Shown here: positions 60,601 to 64,000 of the stretch, in pieces
Position numbering within the stretch: position 1 is the stretch's first letter
Layout of the letters: each line of letters starts with the position of its first letter
Source of the DNA: an uncultured bacterium
Lineage (GTDB): Bacteria > Verrucomicrobiota > Verrucomicrobiia > Limisphaerales > UBA8199
Length of the DNA: 64,000 nt
Assembly: GCA_963749495.1 (NCBI GenBank)
Contig: CAVVMW010000023.1
Location: 800,001 to 864,000 of the forward strand
Direction of reading: 5' to 3'
Position numbers and translations under genes: made by a program
The notes under the pieces: model-generated
What the model was told of the DNA's origin: nothing
Database searches by the model: none
The model's input: only the letters and a program-made list of their open reading frames with translations

Positions 60601-62597
60601 TTCGTGCCTCCAGCGGCAAGCTGGTTCTGGCACCACAGATAGAAGGGGGCGCTGGCCAGCCCGCCCCAACTGTCGGGCTTCATGGTCCTCTCGAATCCGG
60701 CCTGGAACTCCGGGCAGTACGGCGCCAGGGCCGACCAGGGCCGCTGTAAGGCCTTCCCCGTCGCGATCAGGTCGTCGAGGTCCTGCCGGCTGAAAACCAG
60801 ACCGTGCTCGTAGGCGTCCACAATGCCCGTGAGGTTGATCTGGTAATAACCGCCATTGGGGTGTACGCCGACCCAATGCTTGGTACTCCTGCCGTCGGGC
60901 TTGTAATCCCACGGACCGGCCGGCTCCCAGTAGTTCCACAGCTCGTATGTCCCGTCCGGCTTCTGCTTCTGTTTCAGGCGGCTCTTGAGGAGCTTGAACC
61001 ACTTCTCGGCGTGCTCCTTGTAAACGTCCTTGCCGGTCACGTCCCACATCGCCAGCATCCAGCGAGCGACGTGGTTGGCCTTGTTGTCGGGGTGCGAGAA
61101 GGCCAGGTTGGGGTCGTGCCGCGCCTCGGGCCCGGCAGTCCAATTGCCATCTTTGTCAAGACCGTAATAACCCACGACCGAGATCAATCCGCCGTCCTTG
61201 GTTTGGCGCCAGCCGCCGCGCTTGTCCCATTTCTCGTAGAGCTGCTCGGCGAGTTTGAGATAGCTCTCGGCCTTGGCGCCATATTTCTCCTTCAGGGCGA
61301 GGCGCTTGAGGATTTCACCGGACATCAGAACGATGGGGCGGAAAACCATCGCGTCGCCGAGCATGCTGTCCCCGAAGAGCCGGTCCAGGCCATCCACCTG
61401 CGTGCCGTGAGGATCCTTGCCCGGCCAGCCCACGTAACCGTCCGGCTCCTTCACCGCCCGTTTGATAAGGGAGTCCGCCCATTCCACTTCCTGGTCCACC
61501 CACTTGGTGTCCTGGGTGGCCATGTAGCCGTAATAGAAGCCGTCCATGAAGGGCGTCATCAACCAGGCGATGTCCTCGCCCACCGCCTTGTCGCAATAGC
61601 GGTTCCGCTCCTCATTGATCAGGTTCTTTTCCCAGCGGGCCAGCCATTCCTTGGCCTTGGCCTCGTCCATCCTGGCCATCTTCCATTCCTTCCTGAAGTC
61701 GCGCGTCGGCCGCTGCGTGGCCGCTTGCCCCAGGCAGGCCTCAACAAACTCCCGGAGCACCTTCGTCGCCGGATCACCCGCGGTTCCGAGGTTGTCATTG
61801 AGTTTGCTGTGATTCGTTTCCTTCGCTCCAAAGACGGTCGTCTTCACTCCCGCTGCTTTCAGCACGGCGCCGAGACGAAACGCCTGGGCACTGGTGTCGG
61901 GATGATCGGCGACATGTAGAATCAAGAAAGGCGGAATATTCTTGTCCTTCGCCACGTGTGTCACCGCGGAGTATTCGCGATGCTTTTCCGCCGTGTTGCC
62001 AAACTTCTCGCGATGCCCGAACCGCGGCTGCGGTTGGCCATGCACCCGGCAACGCGTCTCCTCCGTCTCGATAATCGCCGGCACGTCATACGTATCCCCA
62101 TCGACCGGCACGCAGCCAACGAGGTCGGTGAACGCGATCCCTTCCGCCTTCAAGTAGCGATCGTCCGTGCAGAGCAACGCCGCAAGCTGGGCGCCCGCGG
62201 AATGGCCCCCGACGAGCACGCGCCTGGCATCACCGCCGTATTCAGCGATGTGGTCATGCACCCACCGAAACGATTTGGCGACATCGCGGGAAATCTCGAT
62301 CATCTCGACTTTCGGCAGCAGACGGTAGTTCACCGATACGAAGACAAAGCCCTTCTCCACAAAGAACCGTGGCTTCTCCGCCACGTCGCTCTTATCGCCC
62401 CCCTGCCAGCCGCCGCCGTGAATCCAAAACACTACCGGCGCATTCTTCGCTGAGAACGATGCACACACATCGAGCGTGTGAAGCGGACTCGCCGGTTCGG
62501 CATAAACGATGTCCTGTTTTTTAGTTATCCCGCTCTCTTGCGCGGAAGCCAGCGGCAGCAGCGCAGTGATAATAGACAGGGTTAAGATGGCATTCAT
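60597..62597 (-). CDS. Alpha/beta hydrolase fused to an (alpha/alpha)-barrel-like domain
   Basis: IHGGGW, VNYRL, GHSAGA in the N-terminal half; Trp/Tyr-rich helical C-terminal half. Confidence 0.75.
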   Translation of the reverse strand: MNAILTLSIITALLPLASAQESGITKKQDIVYAEPASPLHTLDVCASFSAKNAPVVFWIHGGGWQGGDKSDVAEKPRFFVEKGFVFVSVNYRLLPKVEMIEISRDVAKSFRWVHDHIAEYGGDARRVLVGGHSAGAQLAALLCTDDRYLKAEGIAFTDLVGCVPVDGDTYDVPAIIETEETRCRVHGQPQPRFGHREKFGNTAEKHREYSAVTHVAKDKNIPPFLILHVADHPDTSAQAFRLGAVLKAAGVKTTVFGAKETNHSKLNDNLGTAGDPATKVLREFVEACLGQAATQRPTRDFRKEWKMARMDEAKAKEWLARWEKNLINEERNRYCDKAVGEDIAWLMTPFMDGFYYGYMATQDTKWVDQEVEWADSLIKRAVKEPDGYVGWPGKDPHGTQVDGLDRLFGDSMLGDAMVFRPIVLMSGEILKRLALKEKYGAKAESYLKLAEQLYEKWDKRGGWRQTKDGGLISVVGYYGLDKDGNWTAGPEARHDPNLAFSHPDNKANHVARWMLAMWDVTGKDVYKEHAEKWFKLLKSRLKQKQKPDGTYELWNYWEPAGPWDYKPDGRSTKHWVGVHPNGGYYQINLTGIVDAYEHGLVFSRQDLDDLIATGKALQRPWSALAPYCPEFQAGFERTMKPDSWGGLASAPFYLWCQNQLAAGGTK

Positions 62598-62808
62598 AAG
62601 CTGAGCGTAGTTGACCCTGTTCCATGACGCTTTCGTACCAGAACGTCTTGAGCCGAGGGCCACTGCTGGATGGCCGAATTCAAGACTCTCGCGTCGGTTC
62701 GGTCAAGCTCAGATTGGTCCCCCGTGCTTGGGGGCTGAAGAGTTGGGACGTGGCGGTGGATGGTTTATCTGCTGGCACCGGCACCGTGCGCGGATTTAAG
62801 CTTGGGTC

Positions 62809-64000
62809 ATGATGCGACGAAGAAGCTTCCTGAAATGCGCGGGTGCGGGCGCGCTGACGCTTGGGTTGCGCGGCATTGGCCTGGCGGCATCCACAGCCTC
62901 CGGAGTCGCAGGCGCCAATGATGATGTGCGCCTGGCGGTGGTGGGGATCGGCTCGGCCGAAGCCAAAGGGGGCGTCGGCGGCCGGGGACGCCAACTCATC
63001 AGTGCCCTGCGGAAAGTTCGGGGAGCGCGGATTGTCGCGTTATGCGACGTTGACCAGAAGGATCCTGGCGCGCCAAGCCGGCGAGTTGAAGGAGCGAGGG
63101 CAGGCGGTTGCCGTTTACGGGGATCTCCGCCGGGTGTTTGATAGCAACGAGGTGGACGCCGTCATCCTGGCCACGCCCAACCACTGGCATGCGCTGGCCA
63201 CCATCTGGGCCTGCCAGGCGGGAAAGGACGTCTATGTGGAAAAACCGATCTCGCACAACATCTGGGAAGGCAGGCAAATGGTGGCGGCCGCTCGGAAGTA
63301 CGGCCGCATCGTCCAGTCCGGAACGCAAGCCCGAACCAGTTCCGCCCTGCAGGAAGCCGTCGCCTGGGTCCAGCGCAGCGAGATCGGCCCCATCCAATTC
63401 GGACGAGTCCTCCTGTACCGGGAGCGCTCGAGCATCGGCAAGGTCACGGCCCCGACGCCGATCCCCCGGAAGTGGATTACGACCTGTGGTGCGGCCCGGC
63501 CGACAAGCTGCCGCTCAGGCGTCAACAGTTGCACTACGACTGGCATTGGGTCTGGCCCACCGGGTCGGGCGAGATGGGCAACAACGGCGTTCACCACATC
63601 GATGTGTGCCGTTGGGCGATGAACCTGGACACCGCGGCCCCGCGGGTGATGAGCCTGGGTGGACGGTTCGGTTTCAACGATGACGGTGAAACGCCCAACA
63701 CGCACGTGGCCCTGCTCGATTACCAGCCGACTCCGATTTACTGCGAGGTTCGCGGGTTGCCGGAGAAAAAGGGCTCAAACGTGATGGACTCCATTCTAAA
63801 CACCAGGTTAGGCGCGGTGATCCACTGTGAGGGCGGTTATTTTGCCGGGCTCATCTCAGTGGCGCGGCTTTCGACACCCAGAGGAAAAAGATCCGGGAAT
63901 TCGGTCCCACCACCTGGGAGGCGATGGACTCCGGGCATTTGGCCAATTTCGTGGCCGCAACGCGCAGCCGGAAGGTTACGGATTTGAACGCCGATGTTCT
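62809..64000 (+). CDS. Tat-exported Gfo/Idh/MocA oxidoreductase; frameshifted (~63060, ~63470, ~63860) and 3' truncated
   Basis: RRRSFL; ALCDVD; ATPNHWH..AGKDVYVEKP; DYDLWCGPA; GEMGNNGVHHID, in successive frames. Confidence 0.88.

Noticed and set aside
62809..64000. Programmed frameshifting in the oxidoreductase and other split genes
   Set aside because: Multiple scattered indels in unrelated ordinary genes without clear slippery sites point to assembly error or decay.

Overview
A GC-rich bacterial window, probably Verrucomicrobiota (inferred from the style of the HU, RRM and basic histone-like proteins and the CAZyme content; not proven). It is a patchwork of five zones. (1) 1-2.0 kb: the end of a PRTRC (E2/ThiF) mobile-element cassette. 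(2) 2.5-8.2 kb: host-type genes (thiamine-binding protein, PHP-like protein, RRM, HU, a half tRNA-Phe, a broken glycoside hydrolase). (3) 8.4-23.7 kb: phage/plasmid-type accessory genes (NUDIX, circularly permuted GHKL ATPase, ATP-dependent DNA ligase, radical SAM, cpYpsA SLOG), then a defence-like block (PLD-like, AbiV, trypsin-like protease) bracketed by two inverted terminase 3'-end remnants. (4) 23.9-42.3 kb: an unusual DNA-transfer-like module with a MOBP-like HUH relaxase, a VirD4/TraD-like coupling ATPase, a type IV pilin, a PilC/GspF protein, an apparently inactive exonuclease fold, stand-alone topoisomerase Zn-ribbons, RNase H and many orphans, with no recognisable VirB/Tra mating-pore gene in the window. 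(5) 42.3-64 kb: host-type carbohydrate catabolism and transport genes. Several frameshifts may be assembly errors. All calls come from reading motifs by eye; no searches were run.
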